The notes beneath the pieces were generated by a model. The model searched no databases, was not told the origin of the DNA, and saw only the letters and a program-made list of their open reading frames with translations. The translations under genes and the position numbers were made by a program. A stretch of DNA of 63,599 nucleotides, filler included, from Globobulimina sp. (taxonomy: Eukaryota), in assembly GCA_003354225.1 (NCBI GenBank). It is 39 parts of 39 records of this genome, joined end to end, with 100 filler letters (N's around TTAATTAATTAA, not from the genome) between each part and the next. Parts side by side here need not be neighbours in the genome. Positions count along the whole stretch, not along the records: positions 1 to 1,535 come from PIVH01015170.1; positions 1,636 to 3,170 come from PIVH01015171.1; positions 3,271 to 4,805 come from PIVH01015172.1; positions 4,906 to 6,440 come from PIVH01015173.1; positions 6,541 to 8,074 come from PIVH01015174.1; positions 8,175 to 9,708 come from PIVH01015175.1; positions 9,809 to 11,342 come from PIVH01015176.1; positions 11,443 to 12,976 come from PIVH01015177.1; 31 more parts are not named here. One strand, written 5' to 3'. Positions 1-12,650 of this stretch are shown piece by piece (the stretch's first letter is position 1; every line of letters begins with the position of its first letter).

Positions 1-623
1 AGTTAATGGTAAACGTAAACATATGTTTCTTTGTTTGGTAAAATAAAATAACAAAATAGTAGTGTTGATGTTTCTATTATGAGTAATGTCCGCTGTTTCG
101 TGGTATAATTGATGTAACAAATATACTTAATGTTAATAGTAAAAGTAGTGTGTTGATAAAATTGAATTGGTATTGAATGATTTCTTCAGTTTCTTTATTT
201 TTCATCTTATTTCATCACTTTTGACGACATGTATTTACCGCAATATGTTTAATAGCTGCGTGTTGCGTTAATTATTCATTTGTGTTAACGTAAAAGGTAC
301 ACGGAGCTTCTGTGCGTCCTGTTGCGTTATATTACGTTTCTATTTAGCGACATGCAACAATTTCGTTTTTTTGCGCAACCATTTAAACACTTCATTTACG
401 CAGCAATGCACGCTCGTCTACCAAAGTTAAGTTGACGCTCCACATATATTGCACGTGAGCGTTTTTTTCATAAACCGCCGTTTATACTATTTATGTGTAA
501 TGTATGCAAACCATTTAGCGGGATTGTTGTTTCCAGAAAAGTTGATTTATTGTTGCTTTTTTAGTATTTTTCGCTTTGGCAGTAATATTATTGGTTTAAA
601 AATATTGTTTACATGGAAAAATA

Positions 624-993
624 ATGGATTCGTTACTGGAACATCTCCCCGATCAGTTAATTGGTCCTAATTTACAAAGACCTCTATCCGGACCATATTT
701 AGGTATAGAAATACTGTTGTACTGTAGTGAATCATGTGTTTCATGTGTAGTAAACATTTGCAGATTTCTTGCGCGATGCTCTCCAAATGTATCATGATGG
801 TCAGCTTTCTGCGGAAGCTCAAACACGAATTGTTGATAATGTTGTAGCAAATTATGCAGAAGGACGACAGATACCAGTTGATATGGTTCGTAATCAATGG
901 TCTGTCGAACATGTCACCATGGATCATTTTGTATTACTACAGGAAGGAGGTTTTGCGTTGTCTACAAGCAAGGTAATATTCGGTGTTTCGTAA
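624..993 (+). CDS. Spliced hypothetical protein
   Basis: ATG 624 MDSLLEHLPDQL...GPYL; GT-AG intron 703-763 joins in frame to ORF 769-993 (DFLRDALQMYHDG...). A second donor is possible at 973. Confidence 0.55.
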
Positions 994-1279
994 TAATATC
1001 TGACATTGTTATTTTCACATCACAAACCTCTCCTTCGTTCTACAAAAGTGTGGGGCAACTTTATCCGCGAATCGCTCAAGGTTATAGTAAAAGGCTGACC
1101 AGTACATGGGCTGCCTGGTGGCCTATGTTTCAACATGTAAGCGTACCAATAGACAATAGGCCTACACAGCATCACAAGGTTTGCAGTACGATTTAGATTC
1201 AGTATTGTTATTGATCTGTTCTACTCGGGACGTGTTTGTTTGCAAAGTTTAACGAAATTTATAAAATTCAACGCTAAAT

Positions 1280-1516
1280 ATGTCAAAAGAAGAATTACCA
1301 CCCGGCAAACCAGTAGGAGTTGTAGTTTCGACCAAATCCTATTTAATCCGAGGACCTAAAACACCACCTCCCACTCCTCCAAACTCTCCAGAACCAGTGG
1401 AAATCAGTACTTCAAGTGATATTGATGATACAGATGAAAAGGCCGAATGTAAGCCACCAAACAATGGCAATCCGGATATGAAGTATCGTGCTCGTTCCAA
1501 GTCCTGCCCCCATTAA
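1280..1516 (+). CDS. Short Pro-rich hypothetical ORF
   Basis: 78-aa ORF with PKTPPPTPPNSP; no family motif. Confidence 0.3.
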   Translation: MSKEELPPGKPVGVVVSTKSYLIRGPKTPPPTPPNSPEPVEISTSSDIDDTDEKAECKPPNNGNPDMKYRARSKSCPH

Positions 1517-1535
1517 GAAGTTGAGGACAATAAGC

Positions 1536-1635
1536 NNNNNNNNNNNNNNNNNNNNNNNNNNNNNNNNNNNNNNNNNNNNTTAATTAATTAANNNNNNNNN
1601 NNNNNNNNNNNNNNNNNNNNNNNNNNNNNNNNNNN
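1536..1635. other. Artificial contig linker (first of 38 identical ones, recurring every ~1632-1635 nt)
   Basis: N44 + TTAATTAATTAA + N44. The 12-mer has stops in all six frames and the flanking segments fall steadily from 1535 to 1532 bp. Confidence 0.98.
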
Positions 1636-1865
1636 CTGTAAAAAACTGTAAATTCAAAGAGTTTACAGTAAAAACAGTAATTTCAAACTGAAAAGCAAAA
1701 AGTTAAATGTTACCTTTAACATTTTATTATTAACCTATTTTCCTTCCAAAAATGATGGGTAATGACTCAATATCAATGATGGGAAATGAAACTATTTTGC
1801 AAAATGCAGAAACTAAATTAAAATGTCAATGTCATGCAGACATAATATTGATTATTGAGTACTGA

Positions 1866-2627
1866 TCACCAATGTCCAATCAATAGCAGCAATACAATAC
1901 AAATAAGACACACTCCAACATCTAACCACAATAAACTGAATATTATGTCATAAAACATTAGAAACCAATTAGTGTTTATCTATATTGACATAGGATAATA
2001 CTTAACGTTCCAAGTTGGTATGAACCGACGGTGTAGAGCCCACCCAAACAAATGGCCACTGTGCTCAGGAGAGTTGCTAATTTGATTACAAATGTTTTTA
2101 ATACACAAATCCGTGCTAATGATTTCCAACATTTATTTGATTTACAGCAAAATCTTAAAATTGTGAGTATAACACCAACACTCAATAATGCTGCGGACGC
2201 CACAGTTCCCCAATTTATTAACTGTATGCAAAGCAATCATAGACAACACGTAATGTTTCCGATGCAAACAAGGAGAAACACAAACCATTCCGTAACAAAC
2301 CAACACCATTCCTTCATCTCCAAACAAATCTCGAAACTCTCTATTCTGTGCAAGATATTCGTAACTGAATGTCTTTGAAATTCCGACTGCTGAGGCTGAG
2401 CGTGCGCTTACTGTTTGATATTTAAATTTCATTTTGGCTGATGTCATTGTTCGAAATATTCCCACGAATTGCTGAAATGGATCACGATTACTTGGATGCG
2501 GTGGAGGGATTACATTGAGTTTGATATCGATGTAATATTCATTTTCATCAAATTCACTAAATCTTGCACCACCTAAACATACACAAGAAATGATCATTAT
2601 AATACATGTGAGTGCTAACATTAACAC
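1866..2627 (-). CDS. Spliced four-TM membrane protein (claudin-like topology), 5' end uncertain
   Basis: ORFs 2142-2627 and 1976-2236 join through a GT-AG intron (...GDEGM|LINWGTVAS...). A second intron gives a last exon LLWLDVGVCLICIVLLLLIGHW*. TM1, a large loop, then three TMs. Confidence 0.55.
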
Positions 2628-3334
2628 TGCGGTCTCTTTCTGTTTTCATTCTCAACTTAGCGGCGGTTTAGGATTGGAATGCAATATTTGATAACTGCGA
2701 ATTTGCGCTTGTCAATTATTATAATAGCATGCAGCTGTAAACATAATAAGTCCGATTTGAAACTCACATAACTGGACTTGTTCAATGATGACTAGATGAC
2801 TGGTACAAACGCGGTTAATTAACTGATTTTGGTGAATTCAATATTAATTTTATACTTTTTATTTGATAGGCGACTACTATTTTGGCGCGGTTTCATATGG
2901 TTTCTCAGTTTGCCAGGTTCTAGCAAATGAGAAGCATTATACGCAATATTCGGAGGATGATATAAGTACAAAATGGATTTTATGCGTGTTTGAATCGTTG
3001 GGTTTAAGTTTGCGAGAATTAGCAAAATGAATAAAAATGAAATTATGGCATTTATGCAGCAAACGGTTGTGAATAAAAAGGAAAAAATGAAAGAGAATGA
3101 AGATAATGTTATAGCCGAAGAAGTGGTGGATTTGGTTTTTTAAATGCAAATAAAACAGTTTTTGTAACCANNNNNNNNNNNNNNNNNNNNNNNNNNNNNN
3201 NNNNNNNNNNNNNNTTAATTAATTAANNNNNNNNNNNNNNNNNNNNNNNNNNNNNNNNNNNNNNNNNNNNTTAATGTAATAGTATTTTATCTGACGATTA
3301 AAAGCACAAATCCGCAAAGTCATAATAAAAAAAA

Positions 3335-4751
3335 ATGACAGGTTTACTGGGAAAACAGTTGAGACAATGCACGCAACTCAGGCTGTCGCAACATTATGTT
3401 ACTTATTACCAACAAATCCGCACAATGAAAGCCGATATTTTATATTTAGATAAAAATTATTGCATTGTTAACAAACCAGCAAATATTTGTATTGATGGTA
3501 ATGATGAGATAACGATGGAGAAATTAACCACATCCACACTGTCATCAATTGGATAAAACAACCTCAGGACTTCTTATTTATGGATTAAATAAACAAAGTA
3601 CCAAGAAAATAAATACATTGATACAAAATCGGAGTATGATAAAAATATATTATGCCATTGTATATGGTCAGATGCATAAAGACCTAAATCATTTTATTTT
3701 GGATTTTCCAATTGCTGATAATCCCTCTCACCCTAAAAAAGAATTAATTGGCGATAATAAAAAAGAAGGAAGAGCAGCAATCACTCAATGCTGGATTCAA
3801 AAAATTGGATATTTCCAACAATTTCCTGTTTCTTTACTTAAAATACAACTGCATACTGGTAGGAAACACCAAATCCGTTTACATTTATCACACATTGGAT
3901 ATCCTATTCTTGGCGATAAAATATATGCAAATAATAAGTATAATTGCAATGCATTTGATAGACTGTATTTAGACGCACATCAAATTATAATCAATCATAA
4001 ACAAATTAATTTGAACATAAAAACAAACAGTGATAACATATTTGATTCATTAATTGTTTCAAATTACCATTGTAATAATAATTATGATGATTTATTTCTG
4101 ATTGACGATAAAACATATAATCATTCAATGTTATTACCATTTATTATCAGCAAACGGAGCAAAGAGAAGATTGATATTCAGATTTTGGTGAAAAAAGGAT
4201 TGGTTTTTGATAGATTTAATCGACAAACAAACATTGCTGCAATGGAGGATGCATTCTGTTGGAACTTTGTTTGTGAATCAAAACTGGGCAAAGGTTATTG
4301 TGATATTCCACAAAATATTGCTAACACTTTTTTAAAGCAGTATGACTATTTTGGACAGTATTTGAATCGGAAATCGTTATTTTGCCCGCAACAATTTCAA
4401 CAAACATTGTGTGATAATAATGATAGTAATGATAATATTCGATATGTGGCTCATAATTTGGCATCGAATCTGAGACGGAATAATATTTATCATTGCACTG
4501 TATTGCGTAGGCCCTATGTTGTGTATCTGGTTCCATTTAAGAAGGATATATTGAATAATAATAAACACAAATATGAGTTGCATAATAATGGTATGGAATG
4601 GATTCGATTGAGTGATTTGAGAAGGAGTATGAGTATGGATGTAGAGGTAGATGAATTATTACGATTGGTGTTATTAAACACTTTTGTATCATCATTGCAA
4701 TGGATCAAGAACAAGGAATCTAATAGTTGTGCTCCGATATTTGCAATTTAA
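3335..4751 (+). CDS. RluA/RPUSD-family RNA pseudouridine synthase with C-terminal extension; frameshift near 3525-3535
   Basis: Motif I VNKP in ORF 3335. The next frame reads HCHQLDKTTSG (catalytic Asp), KIYYAIV, TGRKHQIRLHL, GYPILGDKIY. The N-terminus resembles a mitochondrial transit peptide. Confidence 0.88.
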
Positions 4752-5445
4752 CTTATTTTGTCTTGTCGTGTATTACGTTTATGTTTATATAATTATAATG
4801 TGAATNNNNNNNNNNNNNNNNNNNNNNNNNNNNNNNNNNNNNNNNNNNNTTAATTAATTAANNNNNNNNNNNNNNNNNNNNNNNNNNNNNNNNNNNNNNN
4901 NNNNNCTTTTCAGCTGTAAATGTGTATGAGTACAGATTAAATTTTATTTTCAATGTATAGTATACCTAATTTTTTTGAACTATAACGCACTTCTGTCTTC
5001 TTCACCGCATACGATTTCTGATTGATATTCTTCAAAGTTACTGCTGGTTTCCATTTAAACGAATCAAAGTAATATTTGTTTTGTAAAAGTGGCCAAGCTA
5101 TTTTTGATGACCAATCTATATCTGGCATTATAATATTTTGATGATCAATTTTATATTTAAAATATATATCTGGTATTTTTCTTTCAGCCATGAAGTTTTA
5201 TGTAAGAAAGTTGAAAGTTGTGAGATGTTTGTTACAAAAACTGTTTGCCACTGTCATGCATGTTTCTACAGATGCTATAATATACAATGCATGGGTCTAT
5301 CGAATAAGAGGTACTTTTATAGTATATGTCAGATCAAATATATGACCATATGACAAATACTGCCGCTTTAATTTTACAAACTTATATTTTAATTCACGCT
5401 GTTTTGATAATAGCTAAACAATACAAAAAACAACAACACACATTA

Positions 5446-6440
5446 TCACTTGTCATCACTTTCTTGTTGCTCTCTCCATTGGATCGCAACTTGCAAAAAA
5501 GCAACAGTCGCAGCAGAAATAGTCATAGCTCTCATAGGATTTTGTATCTTTGACGGATCAAAAAGATTTGGCGCCAGCACAACTGCCATATTCTGACATG
5601 ACATTTTATTCACATCCTTATATTTTATAATCTCAATACACAAATCCAATAACCATTTAAAATACGATTTATTCGGTTCATTAATGTCGTTATTTATAAT
5701 ATCCTCCGCCTCGCTCAAATCGTGCGTATTTTGGATCTGCTCAATTTTGCCGTCGATCATTTGCAAAATGGGACTGGGCAAATACCGAAAAAATATTTTA
5801 ATCAAATTGGCAATCAACACGCCATCAATCACAGAAAAATCGATCCGTCCCAAGCCGCCATCATTCAATTCCGTTTCTATTTTTTTACATTCATTTCCAT
5901 TGGGAGCCACACGGAAAATGCCCTCTTGTAAATGTCCATCGTTCTCAAACAAATGTTCTTCAAAAGTGATCAGAACATTTGGTATCGGACACTCGTAATC
6001 TTTGCCACCAATCAAAGTCGAGGCCAATGTCAGCGGATCGATCCCAAAAATGGCATTTCTTTTATGTGTCTTGCTGATACTTTTCTTCTTCTTTTTTTTC
6101 GCAAAATTCCACCCTTTGTATATCGCGTTGGTCACCGACGCAAAGCGGGAATGCGAATGTTTATCATTGTGTACTATGACCGGCTCGCTCTGCATAGTCT
6201 GAATCATACTGAAATCCATCACAGATTGCGTACCTTTCACGTGTTTGCTTTTGTTTTTACGGCCGAGATCCAGCGAACTGCGACGCGGTTTTTTCATCAT
6301 ATCCTGCTCCAATTTTATGTCCTCGTCGTACATGTTATTCTTTCTGCTCACAATGTGCACGGATTGGTGCTTTTTTTTCTTGTGAGAGTGTAATAAATGG
6401 TCCCTACTGCGCCGATTCTGCAATTTCTGGCTATTTTGGT
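5446..6440 (-). CDS. RhoGAP domain protein (5' partial)
   Basis: EGIFRVAP (Arg finger), ANLIKIFFRYLPSPIL, NKMSCQNMAVVLAPNLF. Confidence 0.93.
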
Positions 6441-6542
6441 NNNNNNNNNNNNNNNNNNNNNNNNNNNNNNNNNNNNNNNNNNNNTTAATTAATTAANNNN
6501 NNNNNNNNNNNNNNNNNNNNNNNNNNNNNNNNNNNNNNNNTG

Positions 6543-8074
6543 GATGGAAAGAATGGATTTGAGATTGATTCATTGGCACTTTTGCCGGGCATCAAGACCA
6601 TGGATACGAGCATGAATCTGATGATGTATTTATATAAGACGTTGTACGAAAAGTTTCCGCAATATTTGGATGTTATTATTGATTTGAAGAGCATCAAAGT
6701 GTGCGCCACGATGGAGACTGAAATGTTGGACAAGTCGGTGACGCAAATCAAGGAAAAGTTTGACTCGTTGCAGGCGACAGTCACTCGCTTTGAGGAGGAT
6801 TACTTGGAAGTGCTGCCGATGGAGGACAAGTTTATAGAATATGGCACAAAATGGATCAAGAAAAACCGCAAACATTTGACGAAGTTAATAATGATGCATC
6901 GGAGAACGAAAAATAAATGCCGACAATTGAGGTTTGGTTCTATTTTCTATTCTATTTTCTTTGTGGTTGCAGTGTTTGGCGATATACAAATTGTGAAACG
7001 TGAACAGTGTGCTTTTTAATTGGGATTTGGAGCAACAGCGAATAGAGACTTTATTTGCGATTTGCAACACATTCATCAGCGATCTGTATAAGGCGCGCGA
7101 CGACATTCATAAGCTAGAGATTGAGCGCGAGAAACGGCGCCGGAAACAGAAACGCAAAAAAAAGCAAAAGAGCGCCAAGGAACAGCACCAGTTACAAAGG
7201 AAGAAAGTGGCGAAGGAACAGCGCAATTTGCAAAAGAAAAAGTTTGCAATCAGCAGCGGACAGAAACACAAACGTTCGATAATGGACGATGTGAGGAATA
7301 GGAAGCGCAAAAACACGGCGATTTTGAAGAAGTTGGGCGGCAAATTGGAAAGGTCATTGGTGGAGAAATCCAAATTGATCGAGGCGACCAATTACAAGCA
7401 GAAATTGCCGGAGGTGTTCAAGAAAAATGCAGTGAAACGCAAGATGTCGTCGGTGTACAATGAGCGCGTGAAAGGCGCCAAGGCGGTGCCCAAAGGACGC
7501 ATGCGTTTACCCACTATTGTGTCGAGGAAGGGGTTGCCGGCATTGCCTGCGCTGAAACAGGGCAACGAAACGGCGCACAATAAGTACAAAAAGAACATCA
7601 ATATCAAAGTGAGCAAACAGTCGCGGATTAAGCGCAAACGAAAGCGCACCAAAGGCTGGTTCGAGAGAGGCAAGGAACCCAAAGTCAATGCGACGGCGTT
7701 ATGGGGCGCCTTCGCGCCGCCACAAATGTCTTATAATCCGCTGTCGCAGTACGATTATAAGAGCGCACATAAACGAGGCCGCGGGATCAGTAACAACGGC
7801 GACGTCGACGACATGAAAGGAATGGGGAACCGGTGGAGATCGGACACGCCGTCGGACCCGAAAAGTGGCACTGCGTTGACTCAGATCAGCAGAGAGGATT
7901 TGAGCAAAGGTCGGGCAGTGGCCAAGAAATGGAGTGATGCGCAACATCCGTCGTTGAAGAAAAAGAAAAAGTTTGGTTTCGGAATCGGAGGTGGCCGCGA
8001 AAACAAATCAAACAATATCCCGATTCATAAGAGGGCGCAATCTATGAAGATGCATTCGCGTCAGAATAGGCTGC
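6543..8074 (+). CDS. Formin, FH2 C-terminal half plus basic tail (partial), one intron
   Basis: GFEIDSLALLPGIKTMDTSMNLMMYL matches the FH2 GFxLxSLxKL..TLLHY region. Intron 6932-7007 joins in frame to VLFNWDL...ETLFAICNTFISDLYKA. Confidence 0.75.
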
Positions 8075-8174
8075 NNNNNNNNNNNNNNNNNNNNNNNNNN
8101 NNNNNNNNNNNNNNNNNNTTAATTAATTAANNNNNNNNNNNNNNNNNNNNNNNNNNNNNNNNNNNNNNNNNNNN

Positions 8175-9209
8175 GAGTATACCAATTGTCAATGGATCTT
8201 GGTACAATAAGACGGCAAAAAATAATACCACCATCCACCTTTGTTCTGCGATTAAATCCTTTTGCGTTTTACTGTCATTTAAGCCATAACAGATCCATAA
8301 TATTAAGCAAATTATGGTCAATGCACATAAACAACATTTAAATATGAATTGGATTTGCACAAAATCACTATTTGCATAGACATAGGACAGCGTAAAGTTG
8401 CCATACGCATTGAAATTAAAATTATAAAAAATTATACTTGTATTAAATAGCATGGAGGCGTCTGGAGTGTTTTTGTACAGTTTGAATATTGTATTTTGCC
8501 ACGAAGCGGCAAAGCCGTCATCTTCGTACGGAGACCACAACGAAAAATCCTCACACTGCGCAGTGTTGGATGCAATATCGATTAAACACGGATGCTTGTT
8601 CCAAAAATTCATACTTTGCATATATTTGGATTGAAAGCCAATAACTAAATCATTATTGGTTATATTTAGTAAAACAGTATAGTTAAATAAGTAATTCCCG
8701 CTCAATAAATCATAAATAAATGGATCGGATAAATTAATGACTGCGTCAGAATTCCATTTAAAATTACCATATAAATAAATATATTCTTGTTCTGGATAAA
8801 AGGAATTATTATGAAAGTACATATTTGCAATGGATTTATTGATTTTGTCATAATTAAATACATGATTTGATGGTGAATATCCATGTGAAATTAACGAATT
8901 ATTATCATTCAAAAATAGAAAATCTGGATAAGGAATATGTAAAGTATCATTTGTAAAATATGTTTCCGTAAATGACCAAACAGTGGAACCAATTAATACA
9001 CCATAAAATAATAAGTACACAATCCATAATGTCTTTGTTGACATTAATACTAAATTATATGGTCGTGCATGACGGTAGGTGTCATCCATCAATCTCTCTT
9101 CGTTAAAAACATTATAATTTAAAAATGCCTTAAATGCATTCGACGATGCCCCCTTATCTCGTGCATCTAACTCATCATTATTTAAATCAGTGTAGACAGA
9201 CTGCGACAT
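8175..9209 (-). CDS. TMEM181: TMEM181/Wntless-like multi-pass membrane protein (3' partial)
   Basis: N-terminal TM, N-glycosylated luminal domain, YANSDFVQIQFIFK, then AEQRWMVVLFFAVLLYQDP (compare TMEM181 EQKWMSVLLPLLLLYNDP). Confidence 0.7.
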
Positions 9210-9286
9210 TGTTGCTTTTATAAAATCAAATAAACAAAATCTAACTTCACTCAAAAAAACCACTATCTTAATAACACAAAAAAAAC

Positions 9287-9708
9287 ATGGCTAGAAATCA
9301 GGAAAAAGCGCAGGTATTTAATTCATTCAAAATACGCACACCTTGCACTGCATGTTTATAAATTAAACAATTAAATTAAAAATGACAGACAATGCTGGCC
9401 CGCTGGCTACGTTACAAAGAAGAACAAGTAAAAGGCCCCAAAAAACGTAGACCATATTTAGCAGAATTATGCGATGATTTACACGAAGCTGAGAAATGGA
9501 GAGGTACCATCATTAAGGACATATCACGCAATGTATCGGAGATACAAAATGCCTCATTGGGCGAGCACAGAATCCGTGATTTAAATGACCGAATCAATAA
9601 ATTATTTCGCGAGAAGCGTCATTGGGAGCGGAGAATAAAAAATTTGGGCGGAAAGGATTATAAATCCACCAGCAAAGGCTATGGCGGTTATGGCCATGGT
9701 GCTTATTT
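9287..9708 (+). CDS. ISY1: Pre-mRNA splicing factor ISY1 (3' partial), one intron
   Basis: MARNQEKAQ | intron 9314-9388 | TMLARW...RRPYLA...AEKWR...IQNASLGEHRIRDLNDRINKLFREKRHWE...LGGKDY. Confidence 0.97.
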
Positions 9709-9828
9709 NNNNNNNNNNNNNNNNNNNNNNNNNNNNNNNNNNNNNNNNNNNNTTAATTAATTAANNNNNNNNNNNNNNNNNNNNNNNNNNNNNNNNNNNN
9801 NNNNNNNNGTCCCCTCACTTCGCATTCA

Positions 9829-10680
9829 TTGGGCGCAGTTTCCAATTGGGGCGTCAATTCTATTTTCGGCGCAAATTCTACTTTTTCTTCAGGCGCCAAT
9901 TCTACTTTTCAAAACTTGGGTTCCCCTTCCGCAACGATTGGTTCCCCTACTTTTTTTGTTCCCAATCCCATCAATTACGTTACTTATGGTATCACTTTTT
10001 CACTTTTGCTATTTGTAGCCTTTATGCCACTTTGTTCTATGGGATTTGGCAATGATGACATCATTTACGACACTTCCATGGTTATTCGACCACCCAGAAG
10101 GCCACCCGATGAACTAATGAATTCACTGGATTTTACTTTGGGAACACTCACCCTTCAATTGATGTGCAAAGGCTATGAAATATGCCAAGCATGTAAACTA
10201 ATGTTGTATGACACTTTTATTTACTTTTGTATTATGTATACTACTTTTAACTTGGTGTTATCTCGTTTCCTGACCCACTTTCGTCATTCCTTTTTCGTCG
10301 GGAGTGTCGCGGAGGGCCGCGAGATAACATACATACGTTCATATGTATTTCTCATTCGTTTATTTATGTTCATATGTGCATTCAACTGTACTATGTATTT
10401 ACTCACTTTGATGTACTTTTATGTTATAACTTGTGATGATACTATGTATTTTACTTACGTTCCTATTTGCTTATTGTATAATATGCAATTATTTGTAATA
10501 CTGACACGAGATGCTTGGGCTTTCACCCCTTTCCCAGTTCATAATAGTTTCGCCCAAATATCCCCTGTCAGTAACGTTTATCATTCTTTATCTGCTTTCG
10601 ACCCACTCATACTTGTACGTACTTTTACTCGCCTACGAAAGGCACTCTCTTTAATTGTACTTCCAATAAACTTATACTAA
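9829..10680 (+). CDS. Hydrophobic hypothetical ORF
   Basis: 283-codon open frame rich in F/Y/T, with three GGCGnnAATTCTA copies at the 5' end; no recognisable family. Confidence 0.3.
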   Translation: MGAVSNWGVNSIFGANSTFSSGANSTFQNLGSPSATIGSPTFFVPNPINYVTYGITFSLLLFVAFMPLCSMGFGNDDIIYDTSMVIRPPRRPPDELMNSLDFTLGTLTLQLMCKGYEICQACKLMLYDTFIYFCIMYTTFNLVLSRFLTHFRHSFFVGSVAEGREITYIRSYVFLIRLFMFICAFNCTMYLLTLMYFYVITCDDTMYFTYVPICLLYNMQLFVILTRDAWAFTPFPVHNSFAQISPVSNVYHSLSAFDPLILVRTFTRLRKALSLIVLPINLY

Positions 10681-11443
10681 CTGGTCTGGTCGTTTGCAGT
10701 CAAAGTTGTGGTTGTGTTGGTACTTCACTCAAACCCTTCTGATATACTGGCCCACTTCCCACTTCATTATATTTTCCTTACTTCCCACAGCAACCTCAAC
10801 GACATGGTACACCCCGGAGTTCTTTGAAGAACACTCAAGATCAAGAATTGTCAATTGTCACCTCAGCTACATGGTAGAGCCCAGAGTTCAACAAACATCC
10901 TTCTGATCGACTTTTGTCAGACAAAAAGGTAAGTGGTTTTTTGGTTGTCATTTTATTATAACTATACTGTGTGAAACACATCTGTTGTTGATCAACAGAA
11001 TTATTATGATGACCTTTACCTCTTGCTTGCCTATGATATGATATTATTTACTTATTAGTACTGCATTTTCTAGATTATTGTGAGTATCACGGTCTTTGCA
11101 AATCGAGTAACAGTTGTGCTCGGCAATTGACTAATATATGACGTTTTTCCGCGTGCACTGTTCCTATAACTACTGGTGTATTTACGTTCATTCAGCTGCC
11201 GCCTTGTAAAAACTTTGCCACTATCAGCCATTGCAGCCTACTACTATTGCGAGTCATTTGATGCTGACTTTTGTCGGTTTATTATGCACTATACTACTTC
11301 ATATTTTGTCATTAGATTAGACACATGCACAGAGCCATGTTTNNNNNNNNNNNNNNNNNNNNNNNNNNNNNNNNNNNNNNNNNNNNTTAATTAATTAANN
11401 NNNNNNNNNNNNNNNNNNNNNNNNNNNNNNNNNNNNNNNNNNC

Positions 11444-12650
11444 AATAAGATCACCACCACAGTGGAATTAGAAGCGTTTGAAATATGTGAGCCATATCAA
11501 GGTCCTCTCTCTCCACATTGTCAACATTTACCAGATAGCCATGTTATTATCGTTTGTGCTTCTTATCAAAATGTCAAATGTTTAACGCTGAATGACAGCA
11601 CGTTGCTTCCCATGCAAAATGATGCTGTATCCATGAATCACATAGGGTCAGCAAGATATGTTTCTGGTACTGTTGGTGCAGTTAGTTTGTATGTACCACA
11701 GCAACGAATGTTTGGTGTTGTTTGTAACATAAGGTCGCAATGCGGAATTGTCAATCAACAGTTGGAATTTACCGCAATCACAGCTGTTGTGGATACAAAT
11801 AGTTTGGTTGGTTATGTTCACATTTTAAGAAGATATCCCTACAGCTCATCATCATTCATGTTTTCACATTTTAATGCAAACGTAACCATAATCTCAACGG
11901 ATGTTTGCTATGTTGGAACATTATCGCCGACTTCCACTCCATCACAATAACCATCCATTAATCCATCAGCGATACCTACAAACTATCCTTCGTTGTACCC
12001 ATCTCTAAACCCAACAGCAACTCCTTCACAATATCCATCCAATATCCCTTCTACAGTACCTACGTTTATACCTACTACAGTTCCTTCACAATCTCCATCC
12101 GCTAATCCATCAGTGATACCTACACAATATCCTACGTTTATTCCTACCGCAGCTCCTTCTCAACAGCCATCACAACCACCATCAGCACAGCCAACATTGC
12201 TTCCAAACCCAACAACTACTGCAACAATGACAATTGAATCAGGTACTCAATATTTTTTCGTTTATGCACATCGCCATGGCAATACAGACTCGATCATTGT
12301 CAGATACGCTATGGGGGATCAATAGATTGGTGGTGTTTATCATGAGTGGGATGTGTATTGTTATATTAATTTTGATAGTGATAATCGTTGTATTGTTGGT
12401 GCCAAAAAAAGGTAAACGAATGCATGTGCAATACGAAGATGGATCAATTGAGTTACAAGAAAATGGCGCAGCCCCAAATCAGAAACATATTGCTTTACAA
12501 CATGTACAGAAGGAAAACAGTGTCAGCAGCGATATTTATGAGAATAAGGGAAATGAATATGGACCATTACCAACAGAAACAGAAACTGAAACTGATCATA
12601 ACCAATATAACAAAATAATAAAATTTAGAAGCTGTTTGACAGGTTTTTAA
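11444..12650 (+). pseudogene. Type I membrane protein with P-S/T mucin stalk; in-frame TAA at 11948-11950
   Basis: ORFs 11462 and 11993 share a frame (PSQ*PSINPS). Intron 12243-12303 joins to DTLWGINR + TM (LVVFIMSGMCIVILILIVIIVVLLV) + PKKGKR. Confidence 0.7.

Noticed and set aside
5684..6393. Several plus-strand ORFs opposite RhoGAP (similar cases opposite formin, kinesin and others)
   Set aside because: Antisense shadows of real coding frames.
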